Below, piece by piece: positions 45,977 to 59,828 of a stretch of 64,000 bases of DNA. The stretch spans positions 339,140,001-339,204,000 of the forward strand of contig OZ024742.1 of assembly GCA_964016885.1 (NCBI GenBank), written 5' to 3'. A program made the position numbers and the translations under genes. The stretch is from Eledone cirrhosa. Its lineage: Eukaryota. Within the stretch, counting starts at the first letter, position 1, and every line of letters starts with the position of its first letter. The notes below the pieces were generated by a model, which made no database searches, was not told the DNA's origin, and saw nothing but the letters and a program-made list of their open reading frames with translations.

Positions 45977-47605
45977 ATACGATATTAACAAATGGAAACT
46001 ATATTTATAAAACCATATTTATTTCATTATACATATTTCAAGGACACCAAGTTAAATTATGGTGTGATTTCATCAGATAAAATATAATATAGAGCAGTTT
46101 TATAAATAAATATTGACATACCCTTAAAGAATGCAACCATTACTGTTGGAAGCTCCCGGATAGTGGAGTTATATCTTTAATTATACTATTAGGTAAGTTA
46201 GTATTGGATATTTTAAAAATAAGCCGTTGGGTACGGAGAAAGAGAAAGAGAGAGAGAGAGCAGAACAACAGAGAGAAAAGAGAGAGAGAGAGAGGAGAAA
46301 GAGAAAGGAGAGAGAGCGAAAACTCTAAGTCATATCTTGTTGAGTTATCTTAACATTTGAGATGAAATGAATAAATAAAATTAGAAATGTTAATAATCAT
46401 GAATGCAAGATACATATATAATATGAGAAATTTAACCATTGTTTAAATATGATTAAATGTTTAGTTAATCAGTTAAAATATTGAGATCAATACATTAAAA
46501 ATTGATATCTATATATTAAGAAATCTATATATTATTATTAAGACTATATTATTAAAAATCTATATATTATATAACACACATACACACGCAAAAATACATA
46601 CATATAAATATATATACACACGTATACAAAAACATATACATATCTAACTACGTATATAATATATACACATAAAATATAAAGGATTTTTTAATTTAAGATA
46701 TAGGAATCTTATAAAATCAGAGAAAATAATTTCAATGTAAAATCAAAGCAGCGTGAAGGAAAATTACGTTATTTAGTTATATAAATGTTACAATTGTTAA
46801 GATATTAAAGGAAATTTTATGTAATACACACTTTACGTTATTAAACAAATTTTTTTTATATAAGTTTTATAAGATTACCTGTTATGTAGTTATGACTGTT
46901 ATTAAGTGCAATCGAATTGTATGCATATACACTTATATATACATACACAATTCCCACATATACATACATATATGTGTGTACCCACACAAATAGGTAGATA
47001 TGCATCACACATATATATAGATACAGATAGACATACACGCATAAAACATATGTACATGTATATCAATACACACATACATATATACACCAAATATTTTCCC
47101 CTTTTAAGAGCTTTCAGTATATTTCTCTAGAATAGTTTATTATATTTATTTATATTTAGGAAGAACAGTTTTTTTTACTTGAGTGTATTAACATTTCTAA
47201 TTTTATTTATTCATTTCATCTCAAATGTTAAGATAACTCAACAAGATATGACTTAGAGTTTTCGCTCTCTCTCCTTTCTCTTTCTCCTCTCTTTCTCTCT
47301 CTTTTCTCTCTGTTGTTCTGCTCTCTCTCTCTCTTTCTCTTTCTCCGTAACCCAACGGCTTATTTTTAAAATATCCAATACTAACATACCTAATAGTATA
47401 ATTAAAGATATAACTCCACTATCCGCGAGCTTCCAACAGTAATGGTTGCATTCTTTAAGGGTATGTCAATATTTATTTATAAAACTGCTCTATATTATAT
47501 TTTATCTGATGAAAGCACACCATAATTTAACTTGGTGTCCTTGAAATATGTATAATGAAATAAATATGGTTTTATAAATATAGTTTCCATTTGTTAATAT
47601 CGTAT
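45977..47605. mobile_element. Family B non-coding fold-back element, arms about 45977-46395 / 47186-47605, one HHR per arm
   Basis: HHR 46020-46084 (-) and 47498-47562 (+): tattttat-CTGATGA-aagcacacca..tggtgtcctt-GAAA-tatgta-TA-atgaaata. Confidence 0.88.
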
Positions 47606-47611
47606 ATATAG

Positions 47612-48106
<495 letters not shown>

Positions 48107-48824
48107 TACATACATACACACACATATACACACACACACACGCACATATATATACTCTAATATAAACTCATACACTCACGTATATATATATATACATACA
48201 TACGTGCATACATACACATCTGTGCGTGCGTGTGCATGTGTGTTTTTGTGTGAATGCGTGTGTATTCATGTGTGTCTGTGCATGTGTGTTTTTGTGTGAA
48301 TGCGTGTGTATTCATGTGTGTCTGTGCATGTGTGTTTAAATGTGAGTATGTATGTGTATGCATGTGTGTATGTCCCTGTGTGTGCGGGTGTATGTGTTTG
48401 TGTATGTGTGAGTGTGTATGTATGTGTTTATGTATGTGTTTGTGTGAGTGTGTATGTATGTGTTTATGTATGTGTGAGTGTCTATGTGTGCGTGCGTGGA
48501 TGTGTGTGTGTGTTTGTGTTTATGTATGCGTATGTGTGTGTATGTATGTGTTATGTATGTGTATGTGTGTGTGTGTATTTATGTGTATATGTGTGTATGA
48601 GTCTGTATGTGTCTGTATGTGTATGTGTGTATGTATGTGTATATGTGTATGTATATTTATACGTGTGTATGTGTATATATATACATATACATATATATAT
48701 ATATATATGCAGAGGTTGTATTTAATTTGTTGGGATTCAACAAGCTTAAAACTATCCAGCGAACCTCAACCGTTGAGGTTGTCTTTATGCGCGTATGTCA
48801 ATATTTATTTATAAAACAAATTTG

Positions 48825-48890
48825 TATTTTATCTGATGAAAGCGCACCAAAATTTGCATTGGTTGCCCTTGAAATATATATAATAAAATA
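48825..48890 (+). ncRNA. Type I HHR (family B)
   Basis: tattttat-CTGATGA-aag..accaa..ttggt..ctt-GAAA-tatata-TA-ataaaata. Confidence 0.8.
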
Positions 48891-48932
48891 ATTATGGTTT
48901 TATAAATATAGTTTCCATTTATTAATATATTG

Positions 48933-48966
<34 letters not shown>

Positions 48967-49009
48967 AATTAAAAATATCAACAAAAATAGATATTCGTGT
49001 GATCAAGTA

Positions 49010-49076
49010 TATTTTATTATACATATTTCAGAGGTACTGAGTTATCTTCAACAGTACCTCCTCATCAGATAAAATA
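49010..49076 (-). ncRNA. Type I HHR (family B relative)
   Basis: Reverse strand tattttat-CTGATGA-ggaggtactg..cagtacctct-GAAA-tatgta-TA-ataaaata. Confidence 0.85.
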
Positions 49077-49249
49077 AGATGATGCATGACATACCCTGAC
49101 ATAGTAGATGGTTAAGATTCAGTCATGGTAGTAAATATGATATGACAAGACTCAATATTTGTATACCTTAAGATTGAGATATGAAAAAACTTACATATAA
49201 TACAGAGGGTGCGTGTCTTTGATTTATTCATTGAACCTTGTTTAACCTT

Positions 49250-49297
<48 letters not shown>

Positions 49298-49430
49298 GAG
49301 TGCTTCGAATCAGTTATAAACATATATATTTTTTGTTGAATTACCAACAAATTAAATATTCCTTTTGCTTATATATATATTTATATATAGGAGAAAGTTA
49401 TAGTTCACTTGAAGCATTGTGTAATGAGGC

Positions 49431-49739
49431 ATAAACGTTTGTATATGTATAATAAAGCCAAAACAATGCAGGTATGGACATAGAATAAAGAATGCAAATG
49501 CAAAACATATTGTTGACAATTAGTCTTTTACCTTAGATTTATTTAAATGTCCTTAATTTTCGAGATAATATCTCTTCTTTGGAGGGAAGTAAAGCGAAGA
49601 AGAGATATTATCTCGAAAATTGAGGACATTTAAATCAATCTAAGGTAAAAGACTAATTGTCAACAATATCTTTTGCATTTGCCTTCTTTATTCTATGTCC
49701 ATACCTGCATTGTTTTGGCTTTATTATACATATACAAAC

Positions 49740-49745
<6 letters not shown>
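49431..49745. repeat. Fold-back, about 148-bp arms with 18-nt spacer, next to (TA)n
   Basis: ATAAACGTTTGTATATGTATAATAAAGCC.. / ..GGCTTTATTATACATATACAAACGTTTAT. Confidence 0.88.
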
Positions 49746-49832
<87 letters not shown>

Positions 49833-49837
<5 letters not shown>

Positions 49838-52011
49838 ATAATAATACATTTGAAGACTAAAATCCAAAGAGGGCTCGATAAGGATAAATATATATTAAAT
49901 ATATAAGAACCGTAGAGCAAATATTTATTAAAATAACAGATTAAACTTTAAGCAAAGAATCGCTGCTTTCACCCTCAACGGGATCTTCTGAAACTAACAA
50001 AGTCAATCTGTAAACGCAGAACTGGATATTTCAAAAAACGTTGCAACCGGAGGAAGACAGGAAGACGATACTTTGGTTCGTGGAAACGTTCGCTGGCGAA
50101 GAACGGGAAAAAACGAATAATACGTCATTAATAGGAGCGGTGAAAAACATTTACGCGCAAAGACAGAACCACGTTTATGGTATAAAAGAAGTCGTAGACT
50201 AATGTTCTCTTAGGTGGTGCATAGAGACGTTCTCTGGCAATGAACGAAAAAACGAAGATAATACGTCATATGTGGAGCGTGGAGAACAATAGCACGCAAA
50301 GACAAAACCACGTAAATGGTATAGCAGAAGTCGTAGACTAAAATTCTAACTAGGAGACCAAATGAATCTCCGCTACAGAGTTAAGAACAAAGTAAATAAA
50401 TACAATACAGAAGTAATAGAAATAAATAAATACATACACGCAAACAAAAACGTACATACACAAGCATACGCAAAACCTTACCATAGGTATACAAAACCAC
50501 GCACATATAAATGTGTGTGTGTGTGTATGCGTGTATACAAATAAATAAATAATTATATAAACGTATATAAATAAATAAATATGTATATAACCAACGCACA
50601 CACATACCTACATATAAGTACACGAATGTTCGGAGACGTAAGTCAACTAAAACAAGAAGTACACATATACACACACCCACCATACGTACGAACCTACATA
50701 ATCACACAGACGCAAAAACTCCCGTATACACATAGCCAAACCCTATGTACCAGAATATATAAAATTATACGCCATAACAATCAAATATACGTACGAGAAG
50801 GTATACGTACCTTCACAAAACATACGGGTAGTATATACTTACCTATGCAAATAAGTAAAGGAATAAACAAAACATATACTTAGCTCCCACATCAAGACGT
50901 AAAATTTCCACGTATAGATCGTACTATCCGTTAGGGTATAACGTGGGGCTGTAATACAGGAAAGTTTTGTGCAATTTATGTTTACAAGCCGAAATTGCCT
51001 CAGATTTTTTGTTTAAGATGTTGTCTGTGGCGTAGAGTATTTCCAGGGCCTCAGCGGCGCAGAGGTCACATGGTCTTTTATTTCCGTTATACGATCTAGC
51101 CCTAGCTAGGATCTCCCAGTGTAACTTATATTGGGTGTGGTTGTCTTATAGACTCCAGATATAAGCTGAAAGTGACGTCATATTCCTTCTTAGAGGGTAA
51201 CGAAAAGAATGGGTATGCATGTAAAGACGCTGCTTGAAACTATTGGCGGTTAACCCTATGTAGGCCCTACGGGACGTGGGTGTTACAACCTTACATTTGT
51301 AGACAATGTTACTAGAGAGGCATTTCCCGGATAGGGGGCAATCAGCCCGATTCCTACAATTACAGTTAGTATTAACTACAGGGTTGCACGTGTTCCTACG
51401 GCTAGGTAGTTTAGCTAAATTTGAAGCTGTGATGTTATGTGCAAGGTTAGGAGTCGTAGAGTAAGAAATTTTAATAGTATTTCTATTAAAATTTTTACTA
51501 TATTTATGTGTAGGGGGAAAATGCTTCGTAATAAGGGAAAGAAAGATCTTAGCTAATGGTGTGGCCACCTCCATATTATATGGTGGGTTATACCAACAAA
51601 TGCGACGGGATCTATTTCTTCTAGGTCTATTTTCGTACTCTGTATATGCTACCTTATCGACAAATCCACTTCGAGCAAGAGCTTCATTGTAATAAGTGGA
51701 ATGGTCGTTGAAAATACGCTCGTTGGTGGAAAGACGGGAAAGCCTCAACGAAACGTTTCTTACCAGGTTCTTGGTTATGCTGGCAGGATGGTTGGAATGC
51801 TTACTTATATAATTAAGCGTATCTTCGGCTTTCTATACGGGTAATAAAACCCATTCAATAAATTGAGGGTAACGTCGAGGTAATTAACGACCGAGAGATT
51901 GGCCTCAACCTGTATAGAGAGGTTGAAGCCTTTAAAGAAGGCTGTGAGTTCTTTTCTGAACCTGTCGCAAGCACGAGGTCCGCACTTAGTCATGGTCAAA
52001 AGACCATCGTC
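49833..52011 (-). mobile_element. 5'-truncated PLE (same lineage as 3058-4351): ORF remnant 52011-50931, 3' UTR, pLTR with A4-variant HHR at 49945-49995
   Basis: DDGLL, NYLDVTLNL, WYNPPYN, KHFPPTHKY, CNCR..CPLSGKCL..NIVY, YIGLT..FKQR..H, CDLC; one frameshift and one in-frame stop. Confidence 0.9.
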
Positions 52012-52180
52012 TTCTTTTTCTTCCTTCTCTTCGTTTTGTCTTTCTTTCTTTCTTTTTTCCCTCTTTTCTTTCTCTCTTTCTTTCTCTCTGTATTTTCACT
52101 GCTAGCGTAAACCTCTTCAAATGAAGTTGATGTTTATTACGGTATGTCGAATATATTTATCTATAAAACTGTTTATATTG

Positions 52181-52246
52181 TATTTTGTCTGACGAAGGCA
52201 TAGCATATTGTTAATATGATATCCCCGAAATATATATAATGAAATA
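52181..52246 (+). ncRNA. Type I HHR (family B, somewhat degenerate)
   Basis: tattttgt-CTGACGA-..catatt gtt aatatg..-GAAA-tatata-TA-atgaaata. Confidence 0.7.
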
Positions 52247-52284
52247 AATATGGTTTTATAAATATAGTTTTCCATTTATTTAAT

Positions 52285-52335
<51 letters not shown>

Positions 52336-52337
<2 letters not shown>

Positions 52338-53232
52338 CGCCTCCGTGGTATTTTCTTCGTGGTTATAAGAGGCTTAGCTCTGTTTCTCGACCGTTATATC
52401 GCGTGACTATCTCCCCCTCCGCCTTTTGGGATTCTTTCTCACGTCGTGTAGACGCGTTCTTGAGACTAGTAAAATGAGGTATCCTCTTGATAAGTTGGCA
52501 GACCTCGCAAGGACTCTATATCTTTGATATATTGTTTTTGTTTATGCCACGAAACTACGTAGTCGAGGAATTTAGGAGCAGTTTAGGTATGATACATTTT
52601 ATTACTAATTATATCTAAATGTTTCTTCTCTCTTCATAATGTATTTTTAACTCTGATACTGGTTCAGTCTGGTTCAAACTGAATTGGTCTGTCCCAGTCA
52701 TTCATTGAGCAACATCGGTGAAGTTGGCACCCTTAACTCACAGTTGGGTGCGGATGCATTCATGTATATATGTGTGTGTCCGCATGTATCTGTGTGTTTC
52801 TAAATATATTAATAGCTCCCTCTGGTCGAGCAATCTTTGAGGTGTGGGGACAACTGGAAAGCTTCCATTACTCATACTTCTCGCCTTCTTCACTACCTCT
52901 TCTACGGCCTCGATATGAATACCCCCTCCGCCTCCGTGGTATTTTCTTCGTGGTTATAAGAGGCTTAGCTCTGTTTCTCGACCGTTATATCGCGTGACTA
53001 TCTCCCCCTCCGCCTTTTGGGATTCTTTCTCACGTCGTGTAGACGCGTTCTTGAGACTAGTAAAATGAGGTATCCTCTTGATAAGTTGGCAGACCTCGCA
53101 AGGACTCTATATCTTTGATATATTGTTTTTGTTTATGCCACGAAACTACGTAGTCGAGGAATTTAGGAGCAGTTTAGGTATGATACATTTTATTACTAAT
53201 TATATCTAAATGTTTCTTCTCTCTTCATAATG

Positions 53233-53235
<3 letters not shown>
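52336..53235 (+). mobile_element. Retrozyme-like partial tandem: about 308-nt direct repeats, period 591, one U3:A8 HHR per repeat, (TA)n flanks
   Basis: 52336-52644 matches 52927-53235; HHR 52482-52569 and 53073-53160: tcctc-TTGATAA-gttggca..tgccac-GAAA-ctacgtag-TC-gagga. Confidence 0.9.
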
Positions 53236-53274
<39 letters not shown>

Positions 53275-53420
53275 TATAACCAAAGATTAGTATGGTTCGT
53301 TGATTACTCAATGAATACAATTTTACAATAAGTTAGAAGCACTCAACAAGCAAGTTTTCCTGGAGTTTTTAATATTATTCAAAATATTAACAAATGAAAA
53401 ATATTCTCATAATCAAAATA

Positions 53421-53490
53421 TATACTTTATTATATATATTTCAAAGATACTGTGTTGTTTTATCAGTACGTCCTCATCAGACAAATATAT
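53421..53490 (-). ncRNA. Type I HHR (family B relative)
   Basis: Reverse strand tttgt-CTGATGA-ggacgtactg..cagtatcttt-GAAA-tatata-TA-ataaa. Confidence 0.78.
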
Positions 53491-54419
53491 GATTTGATAT
53501 ATGACATACCGCTACGGTCTTGATTATTCAATTCCAGTATTAGTTGTGATTTATTTCATCACATCTCAACGTTTATATACCACAAATAATAATATGATAA
53601 ACTTAAACAAGAAAAGGACGTAGAGCAAATTAGAGATATGAGAGAGGCTGTAAAGAAGACAAACGGCAAGAAAAAATAAATAAATACATACATAAACAGA
53701 TAAATGAATAAAAAGTAAATATATGGATGAATGAATAAAAGAAATATATATAAAAAAAAGAGAAATGAGGAATAACGAGAAAAGAGAGGGAAGGTGTGTG
53801 GAAAGTAAAGGGAACGAAGCGGGGTAAAGAAAAATAAAGGAAAATAAGGGAACATCAAATAGAGGGGGATAGAGAAAAAAACCCCATTGTTTTCAAATGT
53901 TAGATCAAATAGGACATCTAATCATTTTACATAAGCAATTGAATATCTCTTGTATTTGATTATGCTTTCGCTAATTTTACTTATATATTATATCAAAATT
54001 AATCAGTATAGATTACTTTCTATAGCAATCAAATATTTAGTTTAATTAAGAATTTATATAATTTAATTTAACTAATTATAGATTATTATTTTTAATTTTA
54101 AGGTAAGATATTCTATAAATATTTTGATTAAACGAATTAATCTTTAAAGCGTATTTAAATAATTATAAAATATGTATTAAAATATAATACCATGCATAAA
54201 TCACCATCAATACATATAATATATTTAGATTATTTATTACCCAAATTATTTAATTTAATTAGGATATTCTCTTTATAAAATCTTTACTATTCTTTAATTT
54301 TCATTTAATTCCTAGGATTAAACTGCAGTTATATTTACTCTCAAAAGTTTTATTTCATTAACTCTGGGAACAACTCTGGGAAACTAAACCAGAACAACCT
54401 GCCATCCTCTACACACCAT

Positions 54420-57248
54420 CATAAACTGCAAGCAGGGTACAAATTATTGTCCTTAAATGCTAGCAGTTTATGCAACAAGATACATCTGTTTAACTCCTAC
54501 GTCAGAAGCATCGACCCTGACTTCATCACAGTCACGGAAACATAGGCACATTCCTTACTCTGTGATGGGGTTTTCAGCATTACTGGGTACAACCTTTTCC
54601 GCAAGGACCGCATTAATCGCCGTGGTGCTGGTGTGATGGTCTATGTTCGTTCAAACTTTTCGGTAATTCCTTGCGTTGATTTGAAAGAATCACAAGAAGT
54701 TTTTTTCTGTGACATATGTATGACCATGTCAACACTTCTGCTTGGTGTTGTTTATCGCCTCCCAAACTACCATCAGGATACACAGCTTTGTGATATCCTC
54801 AGAGTTGCTGCCAGGAAAACAGCCACTTATGTGTTTATTACAGGTGACTTCAATCATCCTGAGATCGATTGGGAAACCTTTCGTTGGCCACAAAGTGCAA
54901 ACGATTTCCTTGAGCTAGTGCTGGACTCAAACTGTTCACAAGTAGTCACCTCACTAACAAGAGGTGACAACACTTTGGACCTGCTCTTCCCCACTACTCC
55001 TGAAGTGGTTATCAGTTGTACTACTGAGGAACCTCTAGGCGACTCTGATCATGCTATGATCATTGCCAATCTGGCTCTTGCGGGCAGCAACAAAAATCAG
55101 AACCATCTCCAATCTGCTTGCTTTGATTGGAAGAAATCAGATTGGAACTTGTACTGCACTGAGCTACAGCGCCCAAACTGGCATGATTTCTATAACTCTG
55201 GAGATGTGAACACTATACTCCAGAGCATCCTGGACTCAATATGTAAGCGTGTGCCACATCAGTGCCACGTAAGCAGAAAAACACCCCACCCCAAAAGTGC
55301 AATTTGGGAAACTTCAGCGGTCCGACTTGCCAGGAAAGAACGTTGGAACGCTGAACGGGAATATAAACTGCATAAATCAGATGCCAACAGAAAAAGCAGA
55401 ATAAATGTTCCAACCATCTCAAGCAAGTGACAAAAAAGGCAGTGCTTGAATTTGAAAAGCACATAGCAACCAACCCTGACAGTAAGGTGTTCTGGAAATA
55501 TGTTCATTCAAAGCAGAGATCTCACTCTCCAGTTGGTCCTCTTCGCAATCCCCACACAAGCCAGATCACTGACGATCCCAAAGAATGCGCAGAACTCATT
55601 GCTGAGTGCTATGCAAGAATTTTTTCTGTTGAAAACCAGAATGTACCATCTCCACCATCTCTAACATCAAATTCCATAACAACTATGGAATTTACACCTG
55701 CAATGATGCGACGTCACCTTAAGAATAAGCGCACCTATGCCTCCCCTGGTCTTGATGGTGTTACATACCTGCTTCTCAAACGTGGCGGGTACTTCCTTTT
55801 GCACCAGCTTTCTTTCTTCTTTCAATACTGTCTCAACAATGGTGCTACTCCGGAGCAGTGGAAAACTGCCAGTGTCATTCCCCTGTTCAAAAAGGGCGAC
55901 CGCACGTTACCTGTCCACTATTGTCCAGTCAGTCTTATTAGCTGTATTGCCAAACTGATGGAATCCTGTGTCAGAGAAACACTTTGGAACTTCTAGAGCT
56001 CTCACAGTCTTATCCGGCCCTCGCAATTTGGATTTATCCCTAACTCCAGCTGCTGTGATCAGCTTATCGAGTTCCTTGAAGACATTACCCGGAACACTGA
56101 CAGTGGCTCATGGGTGGATGTTGTTTACCTTGACTTCGCTAAGGCTTTTAATTCTGTGCCACACAAAAGACTTATGGCGAAGCTCTCTGCAATGGGTGTG
56201 AAGTATAATCTTTTTAACTGGTTGAAATCCTTCATTCTCAGTCGAAAAGAGGTAGTCACGGTTCTAGGACAGCATTCTTCACTATATGAGATGTCATCTG
56301 GTGTAACACAGGGATCTGTTCTTGGTCCCCTTTTGTTTGTTGCATACATTAATGACATAGATGTTAACTTAAAGAATGCCACAGTACTGAAATATGCAGA
56401 TGACATCAGCTGTACCTTGAAATCAAAAGGACAGATCCTGAAATCTATAACTCTTTCCTACAATCAGACCTCGACACAATGCAGCAATGGATAACAGACT
56501 GGCAACTGAAGCTGGCTGTCGACAAGTGTACCACCATGCATTTTGGGAGTAAAAACCCAGCGTCCACATACTCCCTCCACAACACTGATATCAAGAAGTC
56601 CTCTTGTGAACGTGACCTGGGCATCGATTTGCGTTGGACAAAGCACATCTCTAAAATTATCAAGAAGGCCGAGTGTGTCTTGGCATCACTCAGCAAGACC
56701 TTTGTTAGCAGCTCTCCAGCCATTTATTTAAAGCTCTATACAGCTATGGTACGACCACACCTACCATACTCTGAACGCCTTGCTTCCCTGGGCATGGATT
56801 CATTGAAGCTCCGACGTCTGGCAACTGACTTGGTAAACACCCACAAAGTTATTAACCATCTCGCCAACAACAACCCTGAGCACCTTTTTGATCTCCATGT
56901 GTCTAACACACGTGGACATGCCTACAAAGTCAGAAAACAGCACAGCTCCCATGACATTCGGAAACATTTTTTCACGCTTAGAGTTGCTGAAGCATGGAAC
57001 AAACTACCTGCGTCAGTTGTTAGCTGCCGAGACACTGCATCCTTTAAAACCCTCGTGCCTCCCGAAATTCGCCAAAACTACACCTGATGTCCCCCTTCCA
57101 TGAGCATGCACACATGTGTATATCATGACTCATGCACTGTTCATTTTCCTGACGTTTGTACATTACCCTATGTACTATACATACACTTTTGATGAGTTGT
57201 AGTGCACCTGAGCACTGTACACAATATTTTCATTATTATTATTATTAA
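54420..57248 (+). mobile_element. CR1-type LINE ORF2 pseudogene (APE plus RT) with 3' UTR and (ATT)n tail
   Basis: GYNLFRKDR, GDFNHPEIDW, LDLL, GDSDH, SPGLDG, YLDFAKAF, GVTQGSVLGP, YADD, TRGH.YK, RV..AWNKLP; several frameshifts. Confidence 0.93.
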
Positions 57249-57524
57249 TTTAATGAAAGGTTATATTTACTTCTGTATTTACTTATTTTAATATATATAT
57301 TATATATATATGTATATATATATATATACACAGTTGAAAATTGCAAACTTGACTGTCACCACAGAATGTGAACCTGAAGATTGCGAAAGCATGAAAGTAC
57401 TTGTTCAATTAACACTTAACATTTAATATTCTACCATACTATTTCATTCTAATACCATTATACATTTTAAAGGATTGTAAATAAAACGAGTAAATCAGAC
57501 AAAGTTGGAATTCCTTTTATTAAT

Positions 57525-57745
57525 ATATATATGCTGGCTGCCAACTCGTTTTCGAGTACGGCCACTACTTTATATCCATGTAGGAGAACCCCTACTGATG
57601 CGCTGAACGAGTATGACTTTTTAGTCCAGCCAACGACTTGAAAACTCTGGTACAAACAGTACACTTGTGACAATTACTGACACATAGTGCTGGGCCCATT
57701 GTATCCTGTGATGACAAGTGCAGAGAGATCTCCAGATATAAAGCA
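57525..57745 (-). mobile_element. RTE-type LINE extreme 3' end (C-terminal C2H2 knuckle)
   Basis: 57672-57592 translates CHKCTVCTRVFKSLAGLKSHTRSAHQ*, short 3' UTR, then TA. Confidence 0.65.
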
Positions 57746-58245
57746 ATAACAGGAGGCTGGACTGGTGTAAATCCTTGAAAGGTTTATTATACTATGATCA
57801 TTTCAATGACCGGGTTCCATATGAATCCGGTGATATCATCAGGTATTGGTGATATCATCAGGTATTGGAATATAATAAAGTAATATGTAAAAAACCATGG
57901 GTCCGAAAAATCAGTCGTCCTCTCTGTCTCTGTCTCTGATTTTTCGGTCCCATGGTTTTTTACATATTCCTTTGTTATATTCCAATACCTGATGATATCA
58001 CCGGATTCATATGGAACCCGGTCATTGAAATGATCATAGTATAATAAACCTTTCAAGGATTTACACCAGCCTAGCCTCCTGTTATTTTATTTCATTTATA
58101 ATTAACTCCGTATTCGCACCACCAACTACACAAACGAAGATGGGTGAACTGCACTGCGTTGAGTACTCTCCACAATATTACACCATGATTGACCATACGG
58201 AATGACCAGTTCTATCCAGTGGTGAACCAACAAACCTAAAGAAAT
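57745..58245. mobile_element. Family D solo pLTR fold-back with HHRs at 57789-57846 (-) and 57985-58042 (+)
   Basis: Arms 57745-57914 / 57936-58085; 57940-58245 is homologous to the reverse complement of 12230-12540. Confidence 0.88.
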
Positions 58246-58985
58246 ATATATATATATATATATATATATAGAAAGATTTGAATGGATACAGTTTAGTTGA
58301 AAGGAATTTATTGACACGTGTTTCTATAACAGTTACATAACCTAAAACAGCTGCTATCTACAAACTTTTAGTTATGCAGACATTCAATATTTCAATGTTA
58401 TTATTTACTGTCATTTCATCAGAATAATATTACTGAGGACCTATTTAGTTTTTATAGAGAATATTAGGAGGGAGGGGTGAAGTTGTTAGAAGAATAGTTG
58501 AAGGAGTGGTTTTTCGATAGCAGTGAGAATTCTTGGTGGCAGTGAGTAATTAGATTCCCATCTGTTGTTTTGACATTTTTTATAGAATATATTATTGGTT
58601 ATTTTTCTAAATCTATAGAAGGATTAGAGATAGTAAAGATATGCGTGGTTGGTTTTGTGTTTGCACTTAATTAACATTCAGACTTAAATTTTTCTTTCAA
58701 GTGTACGTATCCTTTCACCCACGCATTCACACACAAATATATTTGCACACCTCTACAAAATACATATACTCACAATTCACATATTCATACTTACATATAT
58801 ATACACATGCATACACATATATATACACACATGTATTCATGTACATACATACGCGCTCATGTGTATACATTTTCATACTCAACTTATCTTTATATACACA
58901 CACATATATACATACTTACTCTAGTCCATGTGTACACACATACACATACATACACATCTATATACACATATATACATACATATAC

Positions 58986-59082
<97 letters not shown>

Positions 59083-59602
59083 TATATATACATATATATA
59101 TACATATATATATAAGCACTTTAATACATGAATACACTTACATCTAACTATACACATCAAACATATATATATATTTACTTATTTATATACATTTTCACAT
59201 ACATACTTATGGATGTTTTTAGACACATTCATTATCGCATATTTGCACCTATTCTCATCAGCATATCTTTCCATTATTAGTGTGGTAATTTAAGGTTATT
59301 AATATATGTTGAGAAGAGATTGTTTTTATATTTTTCTAACTAGATTAAGGTTTATATAGTTGGGGGATGTCCCTCTTTTATGTAATATTCGGCTTGCAGT
59401 GGGAAAAAAGGGTTTTAGTTCTGTGACGGCAGAATAATGTTCGTTCAATTCTGTTATTCAGCAGTTTCTTCTTGTGTGTGATTATGTAATAAATCTCAAG
59501 ATTACACAATTTGCAGAAATTTTGGCTCCTGGAAAAGCTTTGGGTTTTAGCTAATTTCTCCCATTTTAGGGTTAACTTTTGATCGCTTATATATATATAT
59601 CG

Positions 59603-59662
<60 letters not shown>

Positions 59663-59664
59663 CG

Positions 59665-59695
<31 letters not shown>

Positions 59696-59762
59696 TATAT
59701 ACACACACATATATATATATATATATACATATATAATATATATATATATATATGTATGTGTG

Positions 59763-59809
<47 letters not shown>

Positions 59810-59828
59810 ATAAATCAACATATATATA

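Noticed and set aside
57592-57672. C2H2 zinc finger as host transcription-factor exon
   Set aside because: Single terminal finger followed by stop, short UTR and TA; fits an RTE LINE C-terminus better
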